Shown here: piece after piece, positions 63,930 through 64,000 of the stretch
How the letters are laid out: each line of letters begins with the position of its first letter
How positions within the stretch are numbered: the first letter of the stretch is position 1
From: Callorhinchus milii
Taxonomy: Eukaryota
Length of the DNA: 64,000 nucleotides
Assembly: GCF_018977255.1 (NCBI RefSeq)
Contig: NW_024704742.1
Location: 67,520,001-67,584,000, forward strand
Reading direction: 5' to 3'
Made by a program: the position numbers and the translations under genes
Notes under the pieces: generated by a model
What the model was told of the DNA's origin: nothing
Databases searched by the model: none
Seen by the model: only the letters and a program-made list of their open reading frames with translations

Positions 63930-64000
63930 GTCATCAGGAAGAACAGGATTCCATGGTTGATTTTCTATCCCTTCCTAGCCCAGGGACACTGAGTACAATT
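63930..64000 (-). mobile_element. AmnSINE2-like ancient SINE fragment
   Basis: Minus strand aattgtactcagtgtccctgggctaggaagggatagaaaatcaacc resembles recalled AmnSINE2 aattggcctcagcgcccctgggctagggaggggaaaaatcagcc. Confidence 0.4.

Noticed and set aside
61300..64000. ATOH8 terminal exon (Glu-stop + 3' UTR)
   Set aside because: I found no convincing acceptor followed by GAR-stop; it probably lies beyond the window.

Overview
Repeat-rich vertebrate genomic DNA. The SINE/LINE complement (SacSINE1/DeuSINE-like and related tRNA-SINEs with (TAA)n tails, L2, CR1) points to a cartilaginous fish, possibly a chimaera; this is inference. The only intact coding exon I can support is ATOH8 exon 2 (60430-60621, +, 192 bp, phase 0/0, bHLH loop-helix 2 to KKRK). 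Neither ATOH8 exon 1 nor its terminal exon is recognisable, so the window appears to be over 60 kb of intron 1 plus the start of intron 2. The most unexpected element is a frameshifted, L2-truncated fragment of a CALHM1-like gene (25398-25602, +) inside this intron. It begins at a candidate splice acceptor matching the recalled CALHM1 exon boundary and is bracketed by inverted copies of an unclassified repeat. The window also holds dozens of SINE copies from at least two families that share an L2-type 3' tail, several nested insertions, two MITEs with TSDs, unusual minisatellites (one GATA-site array, one CRISPR-look-alike), CTCF-like motifs and E-box clusters. There is no prokaryotic system, CRISPR array, true tRNA gene or intact transposon ORF. 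Repeat boundaries are approximate, and family names come from recalled consensus sequences rather than a search.
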